Origin: Acidobacteriota bacterium
GTDB lineage: Bacteria > Acidobacteriota > UBA6911 > JACQSX01
Length of the DNA: 64,000 bases
Reading direction: 5' to 3'
NCBI GenBank assembly: GCA_036507075.1
Contig: DASXQR010000073.1
Coordinates: 13,073-77,072, forward strand
The notes below the pieces were generated by a model. It had not been told where the DNA came from. It was given only the letters and a program-made list of their open reading frames with translations, and did not search any database. How positions within the stretch are numbered: the stretch's first letter is position 1; the number at the start of each line of letters is the position of its first letter. The translations under genes and the position numbers were made by a program. Below, in pieces: positions 1 through 12,376 of this stretch.

Positions 1-72
1 GTCCATCAATCTCTCAGTCCATCAATCTCTCAGTCCCTCAATCTCTCAGTCCCTCATCAGTCCCTCAATCTC

Positions 73-78
<6 letters not shown>
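1..78. repeat. 8/16-mer tandem array (CAGTCCCT-CAATCTCT), probably the right arm of an element cut by the window edge
   Basis: Repeated cagtcc(c/a)tcaatctct; the last unit overlaps the rpoD stop codon. Confidence 0.85.
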
Positions 79-1758
<1,680 letters not shown>

Positions 1759-1833
1759 TCCAAAACTCCTTCCTGGCTCGCACCAGCGAGCCAGAGATTT
1801 CCTGCCAGACTCAAGTGAAACCGGAACTTGACG

Positions 1834-3570
1834 CTACGTCAACAGCTGGCGGCCCAATTCCTTTTTTTCTTCCAAGAGACGATTCAGCTCTTCCGGGTTT
1901 TCCGCTTTGGCGATGCGCGTTAATAATTCTTCCCGGGCTTGCTCAAGGCCGATCCGTTTGAGCGCATTCAGGCAGTTGATAGCCTCGCCCAGGCTCGGTT
2001 CCGGATCGATGGTCCGCGTAACTACAATTTCTTCAAATAGTTGCCTGTCTTCCTGAGATTCCAGCAAATCCTTCAGGCCTAAAAAGCTTACATCCTTATT
2101 AAGATGATAAAACTCGAGCAAAAGTTTTAAAATCGACTCGGTTGCAAGTCCTTTTATATCGCTCTGCAGCAGCAGGGGAAGGATCTCGTTTCGAGCTTCG
2201 TGCGACTCCACCAACAGTTTTACCAGACGGCGCTCAGTCTTGGTAACTGCTTGATTCAAAGGGATTTCAATTTTTGCTTCGCGTCGCCTTTCGACCGCTA
2301 TCTTCTTCAGTTCCGATAGAATCAGGGAGCTTTCCAGATTGAGTCGACCCGCAAGCATGGAAACCGTTTCGGCCCGTTCGACACGGTTGGGAAGGAGGGC
2401 GACGTATGGAAGTAACTTATTGAGGATATTGACCTTACCTCTGGGACTGGAAGCGGCCCTCTCCTGCCGAACTGCTGATTCTAGCAGGAAATCTATATAC
2501 TTCAACGAATTCTTCAAAGCCTGTGAGTATGCTTCCACACCCCTGCGGCGCACAAAGCTGTCCGGGTCCAAGCCCTCGTCAAGCCTTACTATGTTCACGC
2601 GAAACCCTTCCTGCAGGAACATGTCGATGGACCGTGATGCGGCCGCCATGCCGGCCGAATCCGGATCGTAGTTGACAATGACATTACGCGTGTAACGCCC
2701 GATCAGCTTCACCTGATTCTGTGTGAGACTGGTACCCAGAGATGCGACAATATTCTCCACACCGCGAATAAACGGGATAATCAGATCAAAATAGCCTTCC
2801 ACTAATATGGCGAAATCCTTCCGGCGTATCTGCTCTTTTGACAAATTGAGGCCAAAAAGGTTGCTGCTCTTGTGATAGATCGGCGTCTCGGGAGAATTCA
2901 GATACTTGGGAAGACCCTCCCCGAAAATTCTCCCCCCCAAAGCGATCACCCGGCCGGAGATATCGCAGATGGGAATCATGATCCGTTCGCGAAACTTGTC
3001 GTGAAAAGATCCGGGAGCTGTGCTTTTCAGAAGGCCGCACAATTCCATTTCCGGCTCGTTGAATTTCAGCTCTTTCAGGTGCTTCAACAGCACGTTTCCC
3101 GAACGGGGAGCGTAGCCGATGCGGAACTTCCTGATCTCCTGTTCCCGCAGGCCGCGTTCGGCCAGATATTCCATGACTGGCTCGGAAGCGTTCTCCAGCG
3201 CGCGCTGGTAAAATCGGGCCGCACGTTCCATGATGGCATGCAGGCGCTCCTTCTGAATCGCAGCCTGCGGTGAGATGTGCCGGTCCGGGACCGCTACTCC
3301 CGCCTTGCGCGCCACTTCCTTGAGGGCCTCGGGAAAGCTCATGCCTTCGATCATCTCCACGAATTTGAAAACGTCACCCGATGCTCCACAGCCAAAACAC
3401 TTGAAAATCTTCTTGCTTTCGCTGACGTAAAAAGACGGAGTTTTTTCGCTGTGGAAGGGGCAAAGAGCGGAGTGATCCTTTCCCGCTTTCTTGAGGGTTA
3501 CGTATTCGGAGATGACTTGAACGATGCTGGCGGAGTTACGGACTTCTTCGGTGAAATTATGATCCATCAA
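1834..3570 (-). CDS. dnaG: DNA primase
   Basis: CPFHSEKTPSF...CFGC zinc finger, KYLNSPET, TOPRIM VEGYFD and YDPDSAG. Confidence 0.98.
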   Translation of the reverse strand: MMDHNFTEEVRNSASIVQVISEYVTLKKAGKDHSALCPFHSEKTPSFYVSESKKIFKCFGCGASGDVFKFVEMIEGMSFPEALKEVARKAGVAVPDRHISPQAAIQKERLHAIMERAARFYQRALENASEPVMEYLAERGLREQEIRKFRIGYAPRSGNVLLKHLKELKFNEPEMELCGLLKSTAPGSFHDKFRERIMIPICDISGRVIALGGRIFGEGLPKYLNSPETPIYHKSSNLFGLNLSKEQIRRKDFAILVEGYFDLIIPFIRGVENIVASLGTSLTQNQVKLIGRYTRNVIVNYDPDSAGMAAASRSIDMFLQEGFRVNIVRLDEGLDPDSFVRRRGVEAYSQALKNSLKYIDFLLESAVRQERAASSPRGKVNILNKLLPYVALLPNRVERAETVSMLAGRLNLESSLILSELKKIAVERRREAKIEIPLNQAVTKTERRLVKLLVESHEARNEILPLLLQSDIKGLATESILKLLLEFYHLNKDVSFLGLKDLLESQEDRQLFEEIVVTRTIDPEPSLGEAINCLNALKRIGLEQAREELLTRIAKAENPEELNRLLEEKKELGRQLLT

Positions 3571-3640
3571 CGGGGAGCCGGCGTGCCCGAAAGGCAGCTT
3601 TCATTATGTTCTGTTTGCGTAGGGGAATCAATGGGAGAGT

Positions 3641-3886
3641 GGGGAATGGGGAATGGGGAATGGGGAATGGGGAATGGGGAATGCGGAATGCGGAATGGGG
3701 AATTCGGAATGCGGAACATCTTCCCGTGAAATTGTCCAGTTGAAAAATGAATCTCTGTTTCCTATTCCGGATTCCCTATTCCCCATTCCCCATTCCGCAT
3801 TCCGCATTCCCCATTCCGCATTCCGCATTCCGCATTCCGCATTCCCCATTCCAAATTCCACATTCCGCATTTCAAATTCCGCATTC
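3641..3886. repeat. Inverted 7-mer arrays (G(G/C)GGAAT)n-spacer-(ATTCC(G/C)C)n
   Basis: Left arm 3641-3716 including six perfect GGGGAAT units; right arm about 3759-3886. Confidence 0.95.
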
Positions 3887-3895
3887 AATATCCCG

Positions 3896-6265
3896 CTACC
3901 TGAGCTCCACAACCGTCACCCCATTTCCCCCTTCCCGCTCGTTGCCGGCCCGTGCGGATGCCACATGCAGGTGGCCTTGCAGAAATTCCCGTAGTGCCTT
4001 TGCCAGCCTGCCGCTGCCGCGGCCGTGAATCAGCCTTACGGAGGCATAACTTTCCAGCGCGGCTTTATCCAGAAACTTATCCACTTCCGGCAGCGCTTCG
4101 TCCACCGTTTTTCCAATCAGATTCAGTTCATGAGGCACTTCCTCGCCCGCGGCAGGAGTAAACGAAACATTGGAAGGCAGCCTAAGGGCCGCGGCCGGCG
4201 GCTCCTCCAGGCAACGCAGGTCTGCGGGCGCAAGGCGCACTTTTTTCCCCGCGATTTCAACGACCGCCTGCTTGCCTTCCATTCCCAGAAAAACTCCCGG
4301 CTGGTCCAGCGAAATAACCAGAACACGCGCGCGCGGCTCCGGCGTGCCACTGGCGCGCCCGTCGTCGCGTTCCGAGGATGCCCGCTGATCGGCAACTGCG
4401 GTATATCCCAACGCCTGTCTTCTAAAGGATTCACGCAAAGCCTCGGCTTTACGCTTTTCGGCCGCGAGCCGCCGCTGGCGTTCCACTTTGTCGCTGATGC
4501 CTGCAAGTTCCAGTTTCAACGACTCCTCAAATTGGCGCTGCAATTGCGCCAGCCGCTCTTCCAGCTCCTGTTGCCGGCGTGCCAGTTTTTCCTCCGCTTC
4601 GATGCGCTGCCGGATTCGCTCCCGATCAAGCTCCTGGCTTTTGCGTTGAAGTTCCTCCCTGGCTGCGGCCAGCTTTTGGGCGTCTTCATTCAGACGCTGC
4701 AGATAGTTTTCCATTTCCAGTTCCCGGTTTCCGATTTTTGAGCGCGCCAAGTCGACAATTTCGCGATCCAACCCGATTCGCTGCGCAATCGTCAATGCGT
4801 TGCTGTGACCGGATATGCCTGAAATCAAGCGGAAGGTGGGGCGCAGCGATTGCTCATCGAATTCGACGGCGGCATTCTCCGCAAAGCCGCGATCCTGAGC
4901 GAAAGCTTTCAGTCTTTCCAAATGAGTAGTGACGATCACGTGGGCCCCTTTGGCTACCAGAGTTTCCAAAACCGCCAGCGCCAGAGATGCTCCCTGCGAC
5001 GGATCCGTTCCCGCGCCCAGTTCATCCAGCAGCACGAGCGTCTCTCCCGCCGTCTCGGCAAGAATTTCTTTGAGACGCAGGATGTGGGATGAAAAAGTAG
5101 AGAGACTTTGCTGCAGGGACTGATGGTCGCCAACATCGGCTCGAATGCCGGAAAACATCGGAAAACGGGCTTCGCGGGCGGGCACCTGAAAGCCGCAATG
5201 TGACATCAGGGCAAGAAGTCCCACCGTTTTCAGCGCAGCTGTTTTTCCCCCCGTATTCGGACCGCTGATCACCAGCACTTTCGTTTGCGCGTTCAACCGG
5301 ACATCTACAGGAACGACGTTCCCGGCTCCGATGAAGTGCATTAGGAGCGGATGTCTGGCCTGCAGAATTTCAATACCAGGCCCGCCCAGTGCCGGTTCGA
5401 CGGCTTGCTGGCGCAAGCCCAGGCGAGCGCGGGCTGCAGTTACGTCCAACTGAGTGATGGCTTCCACCAGGGTATCGAAATGAACAAGCTGGCGGCGAAG
5501 TGAGGATGTCAACTCCTGAATGATCCTGCTGACCTCAAGGGCTTCCTGCTCCAGCAGCAGCGCCAGTTCATTGTTCATACCGACTACCGGCAACGGCTCG
5601 AGAAAGACGGTGGCTCCGGACGAGGAAGCCCCGTGCAAGACCCCTTCGACTTCCTGCTTCCTTTCAGCACGTACCGGAATCACATAGCGTCCGTTCCGTT
5701 CGGTCACGTAGCTGTCCTGGATCACTTCGGGGCGGGAAAAATATCTTTCCAGCGTGCGGTTCAACTCTTCGCGCTTCTGCCGAATGGCAGACCGGACCCT
5801 GCGTATTTCAGGCGTGGCGGAGTCCAGGACATTGCCTTCTCCGTCAAGGGCTTTGGTTACGCTCCGCTTCCAGTCTCCAAGATCGGCGATCTTTTCGGCC
5901 AGCTTCCAGAGCACCGGAAAGTCAGTAGAGCGGGCCTTTATCGCGCCTTTGATCTCGGCGGCCCGGCCGATGTAGCAGCAGGCCACCAGAATCTGCGCAG
6001 GTTCAAGGGAGAGACCGGCGACACGAAGAGCTGCAAGAACCGGCTCGGGATCATCCAGGCCGGACAGCCGCGGGGAAAGCTGCTCAATCCATCGCCTGGC
6101 TTCTGTCGTCTGCGCCTGCAACCCTTGCGCGGTTGTCGTATTCGAAGCAGGTTCTATGGCGCGCGTTCGCCGCGCGCCTGGAGCGGTCTCGGCCAGAGCC
6201 GCAGCCTGCTCGAGCAGCGCGTCAAATTCGAGCGCCTCGCGGGTGGTCGGGTCGAGAATTGACAT
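3896..6265 (-). CDS. mutS2: MutS2 family ATPase/endonuclease with C-terminal Smr domain
   Basis: SGPNTGGKT Walker A, SLSTFSSH, LLDELGAGTDP, Smr IHGRGSG and EGGNGVT. Confidence 0.95.
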   Translation of the reverse strand: MSILDPTTREALEFDALLEQAAALAETAPGARRTRAIEPASNTTTAQGLQAQTTEARRWIEQLSPRLSGLDDPEPVLAALRVAGLSLEPAQILVACCYIGRAAEIKGAIKARSTDFPVLWKLAEKIADLGDWKRSVTKALDGEGNVLDSATPEIRRVRSAIRQKREELNRTLERYFSRPEVIQDSYVTERNGRYVIPVRAERKQEVEGVLHGASSSGATVFLEPLPVVGMNNELALLLEQEALEVSRIIQELTSSLRRQLVHFDTLVEAITQLDVTAARARLGLRQQAVEPALGGPGIEILQARHPLLMHFIGAGNVVPVDVRLNAQTKVLVISGPNTGGKTAALKTVGLLALMSHCGFQVPAREARFPMFSGIRADVGDHQSLQQSLSTFSSHILRLKEILAETAGETLVLLDELGAGTDPSQGASLALAVLETLVAKGAHVIVTTHLERLKAFAQDRGFAENAAVEFDEQSLRPTFRLISGISGHSNALTIAQRIGLDREIVDLARSKIGNRELEMENYLQRLNEDAQKLAAAREELQRKSQELDRERIRQRIEAEEKLARRQQELEERLAQLQRQFEESLKLELAGISDKVERQRRLAAEKRKAEALRESFRRQALGYTAVADQRASSERDDGRASGTPEPRARVLVISLDQPGVFLGMEGKQAVVEIAGKKVRLAPADLRCLEEPPAAALRLPSNVSFTPAAGEEVPHELNLIGKTVDEALPEVDKFLDKAALESYASVRLIHGRGSGRLAKALREFLQGHLHVASARAGNEREGGNGVTVVELR

Positions 6266-6297
6266 GCTCGGTTTCAGGTTTGCGGGTTGCGAGTTAC

Positions 6298-6410
6298 TAG
6301 CCCGGATTATTCAAAAACTTCACCGCCAAGAACGCCAAGATAGCGCGGGGTGACGGTCTTAGCGTTCTTGGCGCTCTTGGCGGTTAATGTCTTTGAATAA
6401 TCCAGGGCTA
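6298..6410. mobile_element. MITE-like element, short copy (TIR TAGCCC(T)GGATTATTCAAA) inside a 7-mer inverted array spanning 6269-6435
   Basis: TAGCCCGGATTATTCAAA...TTTGAATAATCCAGGGCTA with internal inverted CGCCAAGAA 9-mers. Confidence 0.7.
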
Positions 6411-6438
6411 TTAACCCGAAACCTCAATTCGAAAACGC

Positions 6439-7191
6439 CTATTTTCGTTTTCGATTAATCAGGCTGGCGACGTAACCGGCGCCGAATCCATTGTCGATGT
6501 TCACTACGGTGACGTTGGAAGCGCAGGAGTTCAACATTCCCAGCAGCGCGGCCAGGCCGTAAAATGAAGCGCCGTACCCGACGCTTGTGGGAACGGCAAT
6601 TACTGGAACGCTCACCAGACCGCCTACCACGCTGGGCAATGCGCCTTCCATGCCGGCCGCAACCACGGCAACCCGACAATCGCCAAGCTTCCGACTCTTC
6701 TGCAGCAGGCGGTGCAGGCCGGCGACTCCCACATCGAAAATTCGATCCACATTGTTCCCCATCACCTCGGCTGTAACGGCCGCCTCTTCGGCGACGGCCA
6801 GGTCCGATGTACCGGCAGAAATAATGGGAACCGTGCTTTCACCGTAAATCCTTTTGTCACGGCGCACCACCACACATCCGGAATCGGGGTAAAAGCGGGC
6901 CGACTTCTCCAGCCTGCGGACTTCGCTGAATACCTCCACGGTAGTGCGAGTAATCAGGAGATTTCGATGGTGCTCGAGAAGACTCTTTGCAATCCCCACA
7001 ACGTGCTCGGTTCTTTTGCCTTGTCCGAAAATAACTTCCGGAAAGCCCTTGCGCAGGGTGCGATGGTGATCGACATTGGCAAAGCCCAGATCTTCGGAAG
7101 GAAAGTGACGCAGCTTCTCGAGCGCGCTGTCAACCGGCAGCACGCCGGCCTGCACCTGCTTCAGGAGTTTGCGTAGAAGCGTTCGATCCAC
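6439..7191 (-). CDS. larB: Nickel pincer cofactor biosynthesis protein LarB (PurE/AIR carboxylase-like)
   Basis: [59 protein letters not shown]. Confidence 0.93.
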   Translation of the reverse strand: MDRTLLRKLLKQVQAGVLPVDSALEKLRHFPSEDLGFANVDHHRTLRKGFPEVIFGQGKRTEHVVGIAKSLLEHHRNLLITRTTVEVFSEVRRLEKSARFYPDSGCVVVRRDKRIYGESTVPIISAGTSDLAVAEEAAVTAEVMGNNVDRIFDVGVAGLHRLLQKSRKLGDCRVAVVAAGMEGALPSVVGGLVSVPVIAVPTSVGYGASFYGLAALLGMLNSCASNVTVVNIDNGFGAGYVASLINRKRK

Positions 7192-7194
7192 CGG

Positions 7195-7603
7195 TTGGGT
7201 TCCTGGGTTATGAGTTCCGCGTTACGGGTTAACGGGTTTACGGGTTCCGGGTTTACGGGTTCCGGGTTACGAGTTCCACGTTCCGAGTTTACGGGTTACG
7301 GGTTTACGGGTTACGGGTTTACGGGTTCCGAGTTCCGAGTTCCACGTTCCGAGTTTACAGGTTACGGGTTCCGGGTTCCGGACGGGTTCCGCGTGGCAGG
7401 CAAGGAGACGTAGCGCGGCTAAACAGGAATTAAAAACAAGAGCCGACCACAACCACAAAACCCGCAACCCGTAAACCCGCAACCCGAAACTCGCAACCCG
7501 TAAACTCGCAACCCGGAAACCTGCAATCCGGAAACTTGCAATCCTGAAACCCGCAATCCTGAAACCCGCAACCCGGAAACTCGAAACTCGGAAACTCGGA
7601 ACT
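7195..7603. repeat. Inverted 7/8-mer arrays (CGGGTT(T)[AC])n-spacer-(AACCCG[CG])n
   Basis: Left arm about 7195-7390, right arm about 7457-7603. Confidence 0.95.
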
Positions 7604-7606
7604 TTT

Positions 7607-9706
7607 TTAACTCACCGTCTGCGCTTGTTTTTGCTCGCGCAGGACGGCCTTTCGGCTCAGCTTGATCTTTCCCTGCTGGTCGACGCTCAAGGCTTTCACC
7701 AGGATCTGATCGCCCGGCTTGCATTCATCGCGAATGTCGCGAATCCGGTGCTCGGCGTATTCTGAAATGTGAAGCAAGCCCTCGGTGCCGGGAAAGATCT
7801 CGACGAAGGCTCCAAAATCCAACACCTTGACTACCTTGCCCAGATAGGTCTTGCCTACTTCCACGGTGGCAGTAAGTTCCTGAATCATCCGAATGGCCGC
7901 CTGGGCCGCCTCGCCGCCGACGGAAGCGACGTTGACGGTGCCGTCGTCTTCAATATTGATTTCGGCGCCCGTTTGTTCCTGGATGCCGCGAATCACCTTG
8001 CCGCCCGGCCCGATGACTGCTCCGATTTTGGATACAGGAATCTGAATCTGGATAATACGCGGCGCATGGATCGAAATGTCCGCGCGCGGTCCGGCAATGG
8101 TCTCCAGCATCTTGCTCAGAATCGTCAGCCGCGCCTCCTTGGCCTGACGCAACGCCTGCGACATCAGGTTGGCGTCAACGCCGCTGACCTTGATATCCAT
8201 CTGCAAAGCGGTAATTCCCTTCATCGTGCCGGCGACCTTGAAATCCATGTCGCCGTAATGATCTTCGGCGCCCGCGATATCGGTCAGGATGGCGTAGTTG
8301 TCCCCCTCCTTGACCATTCCCATGGCAATGCCGGCCACCGGGGCCTTGATGGGGGCGCCTGCGTCCATCAACGCAAGGATGCCGCCGCATACTGTGGCCA
8401 TCGAGCTGGACCCGTTGGATTCCAAAATGTCCGAGACCACGCGAATGGTGTAAGGAAATTTGTCGTCCTCCGGCAACACCGCGGAAATGGCGCGCTCGGC
8501 CAGGGCGCCGTGTCCTATTTCCCGCCGGCCCGGGCCGCGCAGGAATCCCACTTCACCCACGGAAAAAGGCGGAAAGTTGTAATGCAGCATGAACTTCTTT
8601 GAGTATTCCCCCTGCATGTCATCGATGCGCTGCATGTCGTCGGCAGTTCCCAGAGTCGCCGTGACCAGCGCCTGGGTTTCGCCGCGGGTGAAAAGCGCCG
8701 AACCATGAGTGCGCGGAAGCAGGCCAACCTCGGCGGTGATGGGGCGGATTTCCTTGAACTGGCGTCCATCGGGCCGCTTTTTTGCCTGGAGAATGTCTTC
8801 ACGGAAGATCTTCTCCTTGATCGCATTAAACGCGCGACTGGCGTGGCGCTGTTTGTCGTCATCTTCCGGATAACTCTCGACGATCTTGTCATGGGCCTGA
8901 TCCATCATCCGGTAGCTGTGAATCTTGCCGGGGGCATAAAGAGCTTCGCGGATAAGATCGGCGGCCTTTTCCTGCACTTCAGCCAGCAGCGCCGGGTCGA
9001 GAGGCTCGGGAATGTATTCCCGTTTCTGTGTTCCTCTCTGCCGGAACATTTCTTCCTGCAACTGAATCAGCTCCTTGATTTTCTGGTGGCCAAACTGCAA
9101 GGCTTCAACCATTCTCTCTTCGGAAACTTCCTTGGCGCCTGCCTCCACCATCACGATGGCATCTTTGCTTCCGGCCACAATCAGATTCAACGCGCTGTTC
9201 TTGATCTGCTCAAAAGTCGGATTGACGACCAGCTTTTCTTCCACCAGGCCCACGCGAACGCCGGCGATCGGATTGTGAAAGGGAATAGGCGACAGGTACA
9301 GCGCCGCCGAAGCGCCGGTTATGGCCAAAACATCGGGATTGTTCTCCGCGTCTGCCGAAAGGACCATGGCAATGACCTGCGACTCATGCTGGTACCCTTC
9401 CGGAAACAGCGGGCGCAGGGGCCGGTCAATGAACCGGCTGGTTAGAATTTCCTTTTCCGTCGGCTTTCCTTCGCGTTTGAAGAAGCCGCCGGGGATTTTC
9501 CCTGCGGCGTAGGTGTACTCGCGATAATCGACCGTGAGAGGAAAAAAATCAGCTCCCTCTTTTGGTCTTAATTCTGAGCAGGCTGTTACCAGGACGACCG
9601 TGTCGCCATACCGGATCACAACGGCGCCATCTGCTTGTTTGGCTACCCTGCCAGTTTCGATTGTGAATTCATGGTCGCCAAGTTGAATACTGGATTTTTG
9701 CATCAT
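7607..9706 (-). CDS. pnp: Polyribonucleotide nucleotidyltransferase
   Basis: FFPLTVDYRE, GKIPGGFFKREG, HGSALFTRGETQ, SNGSSSMA, KH and S1 domains. Confidence 0.98.
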   Translation of the reverse strand: MMQKSSIQLGDHEFTIETGRVAKQADGAVVIRYGDTVVLVTACSELRPKEGADFFPLTVDYREYTYAAGKIPGGFFKREGKPTEKEILTSRFIDRPLRPLFPEGYQHESQVIAMVLSADAENNPDVLAITGASAALYLSPIPFHNPIAGVRVGLVEEKLVVNPTFEQIKNSALNLIVAGSKDAIVMVEAGAKEVSEERMVEALQFGHQKIKELIQLQEEMFRQRGTQKREYIPEPLDPALLAEVQEKAADLIREALYAPGKIHSYRMMDQAHDKIVESYPEDDDKQRHASRAFNAIKEKIFREDILQAKKRPDGRQFKEIRPITAEVGLLPRTHGSALFTRGETQALVTATLGTADDMQRIDDMQGEYSKKFMLHYNFPPFSVGEVGFLRGPGRREIGHGALAERAISAVLPEDDKFPYTIRVVSDILESNGSSSMATVCGGILALMDAGAPIKAPVAGIAMGMVKEGDNYAILTDIAGAEDHYGDMDFKVAGTMKGITALQMDIKVSGVDANLMSQALRQAKEARLTILSKMLETIAGPRADISIHAPRIIQIQIPVSKIGAVIGPGGKVIRGIQEQTGAEINIEDDGTVNVASVGGEAAQAAIRMIQELTATVEVGKTYLGKVVKVLDFGAFVEIFPGTEGLLHISEYAEHRIRDIRDECKPGDQILVKALSVDQQGKIKLSRKAVLREQKQAQTVS

Positions 9707-9988
9707 TAGAAACCTCCGTTGAGTTGACCAGTCAAGCGGCGGAATCGCCGGTGCCTTGAATTGCAGCCCCGGAAGGGCCGCAACCTGCTCTTGCGAGGAA
9801 GTCCTGCGCCTGGGTAACGAATTCCGGTGAGGGGTTCTCTGGTGGTACAGAAAACCGCTAGCGGACGTCGTGGGAGCTGGTCATGTTAAGGGTACCGTGG
9901 GAAGGGTTGCGGCGTGCCAATGGCAGGTTTACGAGCCGCCCGTCCACCACAGGCGACTGGTACTCATGCCACGGCCACCAGAATCCTC

Positions 9989-10258
9989 TTATTTGCGTAT
10001 ACCCAGTTTTTGAATAATCTCCTTGTAGCGTTCGAAATCACGCCGCTTGAGGTAATCGAGCAGCCTGCGGCGTTGTCCGACCATCATTAACAAACCTCTG
10101 CGAGAGTGATGGTCTTTGACGTGTTTCTTGAAATGTTCGGTCAAGTAGGTGATACGCTCGCTCAACAGCGCAATCTGGACTTCAGGTGAGCCAGTGTCGC
10201 CCCCATGCTTGCGGTGGGAACTGATTATTTGTGTCTTCTGCTCAAGCGTTAACGTCAA
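9989..10258 (-). CDS. rpsO: 30S ribosomal protein S15
   Basis: [43 protein letters not shown] Shine-Dalgarno. Confidence 0.98.
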   Translation of the reverse strand: MTLTLEQKTQIISSHRKHGGDTGSPEVQIALLSERITYLTEHFKKHVKDHHSRRGLLMMVGQRRRLLDYLKRRDFERYKEIIQKLGIRK

Positions 10259-10334
10259 TCATCACCTCCAGTGAGCACCTGTTTAAGCGCGAAGTTAAGC
10301 CCTAAAACTACCATGATACACGGCAATTATTCAA

Positions 10335-10420
10335 GGTTGAGCAAGTTGAGCACGAATTCGAGCACGAATTTTCACGAATTTCACGAATTTATCTAAGATT
10401 CGTGAAATTCGTGCTCAACC
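10335..10420. repeat. Inverted 9-mer element GTTGAGCACGAATT...AATTCGTGCTCAAC
   Basis: CACGAATTT tandem units; second copy at 59985. Confidence 0.9.
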
Positions 10421-10421
10421 C

Positions 10422-11303
10422 TCAAACCAGCACAATATCGGGGTGAATGCCGCTCTGGCTGACATTGCCCAGCGCTACCAGATTCTCTTGTTGGTCCAGC
10501 AGCCGGACCCAGCCCTGCTGAACCGCGGGTCGGGGACTCAGATCCTGGCCATGGCAAATCCTTTGGAACTCTACGACTGAGACGGTCACGCTGGGGATAT
10601 CCTGAAGCAGTCGCTCCATTGGAATCAGGTTAGCCTTTATCGTGTCCGGACCTGCATGGTCCAGAAGCAGCGCATCTTCCACCTGGTAGGAACCCGCAGC
10701 GGTTCTGTGCAGCTCACTAACCAGCGCGCCGCAGCCAAGCCTGGCGCCGATGTCGTGCACCAGTGATCGGATATAGGTTCCCGATGAACAACGCACTAGA
10801 ATCTCTGCCTCTCTTGTCGGACCCGACGCAGTCCAATCCTGCTGAGGTGTGAGCATCTTTAGACAGTGAATGGAAACACTGCGCGAAGGCCGCTCAACCT
10901 CCTGTCCCTCTCGCGCGAGTTCATAGAGCCGCCGGCCCCTGATCTTGACGGCCGAAAACATGGGCGGAACCTGTTCGATGTGACCCAGGAAATCCCTCAA
11001 TATTCGGGTAAATTGCTCATAAGATACGTCCACCGGTCGTTCTCGGATAACCTTCCCTGTGATATCAAATGTGTCGCTCTCCTGGCCGAGTCGCACCCGC
11101 ACGCGGTATTCCTTGTCCATTCCGGTAAAGAATTGCGACAGCCTCGTGGCCCGGCCAAAAAGCAGCAGCAGCAGACCGGTGGCGAACGGGTCCAGTGTGC
11201 CGGCATGGCCGATTCTCCGGATTCCGGTGTGCCTACGAAGGCGGGAGACGGCGTCGTGCGAAGTCACGCCGGGCGGTTTGTCGATCAAGAGCAGTCCGTT
11301 CAT
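10422..11303 (-). CDS. truB: tRNA pseudouridine(55) synthase
   Basis: DKPPGVTSHD, GHAGTLDPFATG, PPMFSAVK, CSSGTYIRSL; start set at ATG 11303 overlapping the upstream TGA (ATGA). Confidence 0.95.
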   Translation of the reverse strand: MNGLLLIDKPPGVTSHDAVSRLRRHTGIRRIGHAGTLDPFATGLLLLLFGRATRLSQFFTGMDKEYRVRVRLGQESDTFDITGKVIRERPVDVSYEQFTRILRDFLGHIEQVPPMFSAVKIRGRRLYELAREGQEVERPSRSVSIHCLKMLTPQQDWTASGPTREAEILVRCSSGTYIRSLVHDIGARLGCGALVSELHRTAAGSYQVEDALLLDHAGPDTIKANLIPMERLLQDIPSVTVSVVEFQRICHGQDLSPRPAVQQGWVRLLDQQENLVALGNVSQSGIHPDIVLV

Positions 11304-12274
11304 TGGACCAGCGGGAGAAGGTGATCCAAAACTGTTTTGACAACCTGGTCGCAAGTTCCGGATAGCCCGAAGCCGGCGGCGTTGGTGTGACCGCCGCCGC
11401 CGAAATGCTGTGCCACCCTCGCCACGTCGATATCGTCTTTGGATCTTAAACTGATTCTAAATTTTCCTTCTCCGTCCTCGCGGAAAAATGCCGCGATGCG
11501 AACGTCCTTTACCGAAAGAGGATAGTTGACCAATCCTTCGGTGTCCGATTTCTGAGCTCCCGACTGCCGCAGCATTTCATCGGTAAGAAAAATCCAGGCA
11601 ATTTGTCCGCCCGCGTCACGCTGCAGGGTGTTCAATACCATTCCCATCAACTTCACTTTTTCATATGGATTGCTGTTGTAAATGATGCGCGCGGCGAAGG
11701 TCGGATCGACTCCCGCACGCACCAGGGCGGAGGCCACTTCGAGGCTCTCCGCGGTGGTGCCGGAATACTGAAAAGAGCCCGTGTCGGTAAACAGGGCAAC
11801 ATAAAGATTGTTTGCAATGGCGATATTCATCGGGATGTCCAGTTCGCGCAATAAGTAATAGATGAGCTGCCCCACGGCGGCGGCACTGACATCATTCCAG
11901 TTCAGGAATCCGAACTTACGGTTTGTCTGGTGATGGTCGATATTAATCAGCCGCAGTCGATCCAGGTCCGCCACTTCCGGCCGCTGGGCATCTCCGCACT
12001 CCAGAACGATTCCCGCGTCAAAGTCGAGGTGGGGTACCCGATCCCTGATCAGAATTTTTTCTATTCCCGGAAGTTCAGCGTAAATGGAAGGATGAGGGTC
12101 GCTGTTGACAACCTCTACTTTCTTGCCGATTGATTCGAGCCCCAGGGCCAGTCCCAACTCGCTTCCCAGGGCGTCTCCATCGGGGCGCGCGTGGGAAGTG
12201 ATGAGGAAGTAGTTGTGGCGGCGGATGAAATCCGCAATTTCAGGAAGGCTCATCGCTTTGAATTCAACCGACAA
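11300..12274 (-). CDS. nrnA: DHH/DHHA1 oligoribonuclease / PAP phosphatase (NrnA family)
   Basis: HARPDGDALGS, IDHH, DTGSF, GGGGHTNAAG; true start may be ATG 12253. Confidence 0.92.
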   Translation of the reverse strand: MSVEFKAMSLPEIADFIRRHNYFLITSHARPDGDALGSELGLALGLESIGKKVEVVNSDPHPSIYAELPGIEKILIRDRVPHLDFDAGIVLECGDAQRPEVADLDRLRLINIDHHQTNRKFGFLNWNDVSAAAVGQLIYYLLRELDIPMNIAIANNLYVALFTDTGSFQYSGTTAESLEVASALVRAGVDPTFAARIIYNSNPYEKVKLMGMVLNTLQRDAGGQIAWIFLTDEMLRQSGAQKSDTEGLVNYPLSVKDVRIAAFFREDGEGKFRISLRSKDDIDVARVAQHFGGGGHTNAAGFGLSGTCDQVVKTVLDHLLPLVQ

Positions 12275-12372
12275 TGCGGATTTCGGAATGCGGAATGCGG
12301 AATACGGAATAATTTTGATCTCGGCCTAGGAAACTTAAATTGAATATATTCCGCATTCCACATTCCGCATTC
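12272..12372. repeat. Inverted GCGGAAT 7-mer element
   Basis: (GCGGAAT)n, spacer, ATTCCGCATTCCACATTCCGCATTC. Confidence 0.9.
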
Positions 12373-12376
12373 GAGG

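Noticed and set aside
3628..4028. ORFs made of MGNGE/PHSAF repeats, also at 7195-7724 and 56814-57249
   Set aside because: Translations of stop-free tandem arrays; open in several frames with no RBS evidence.
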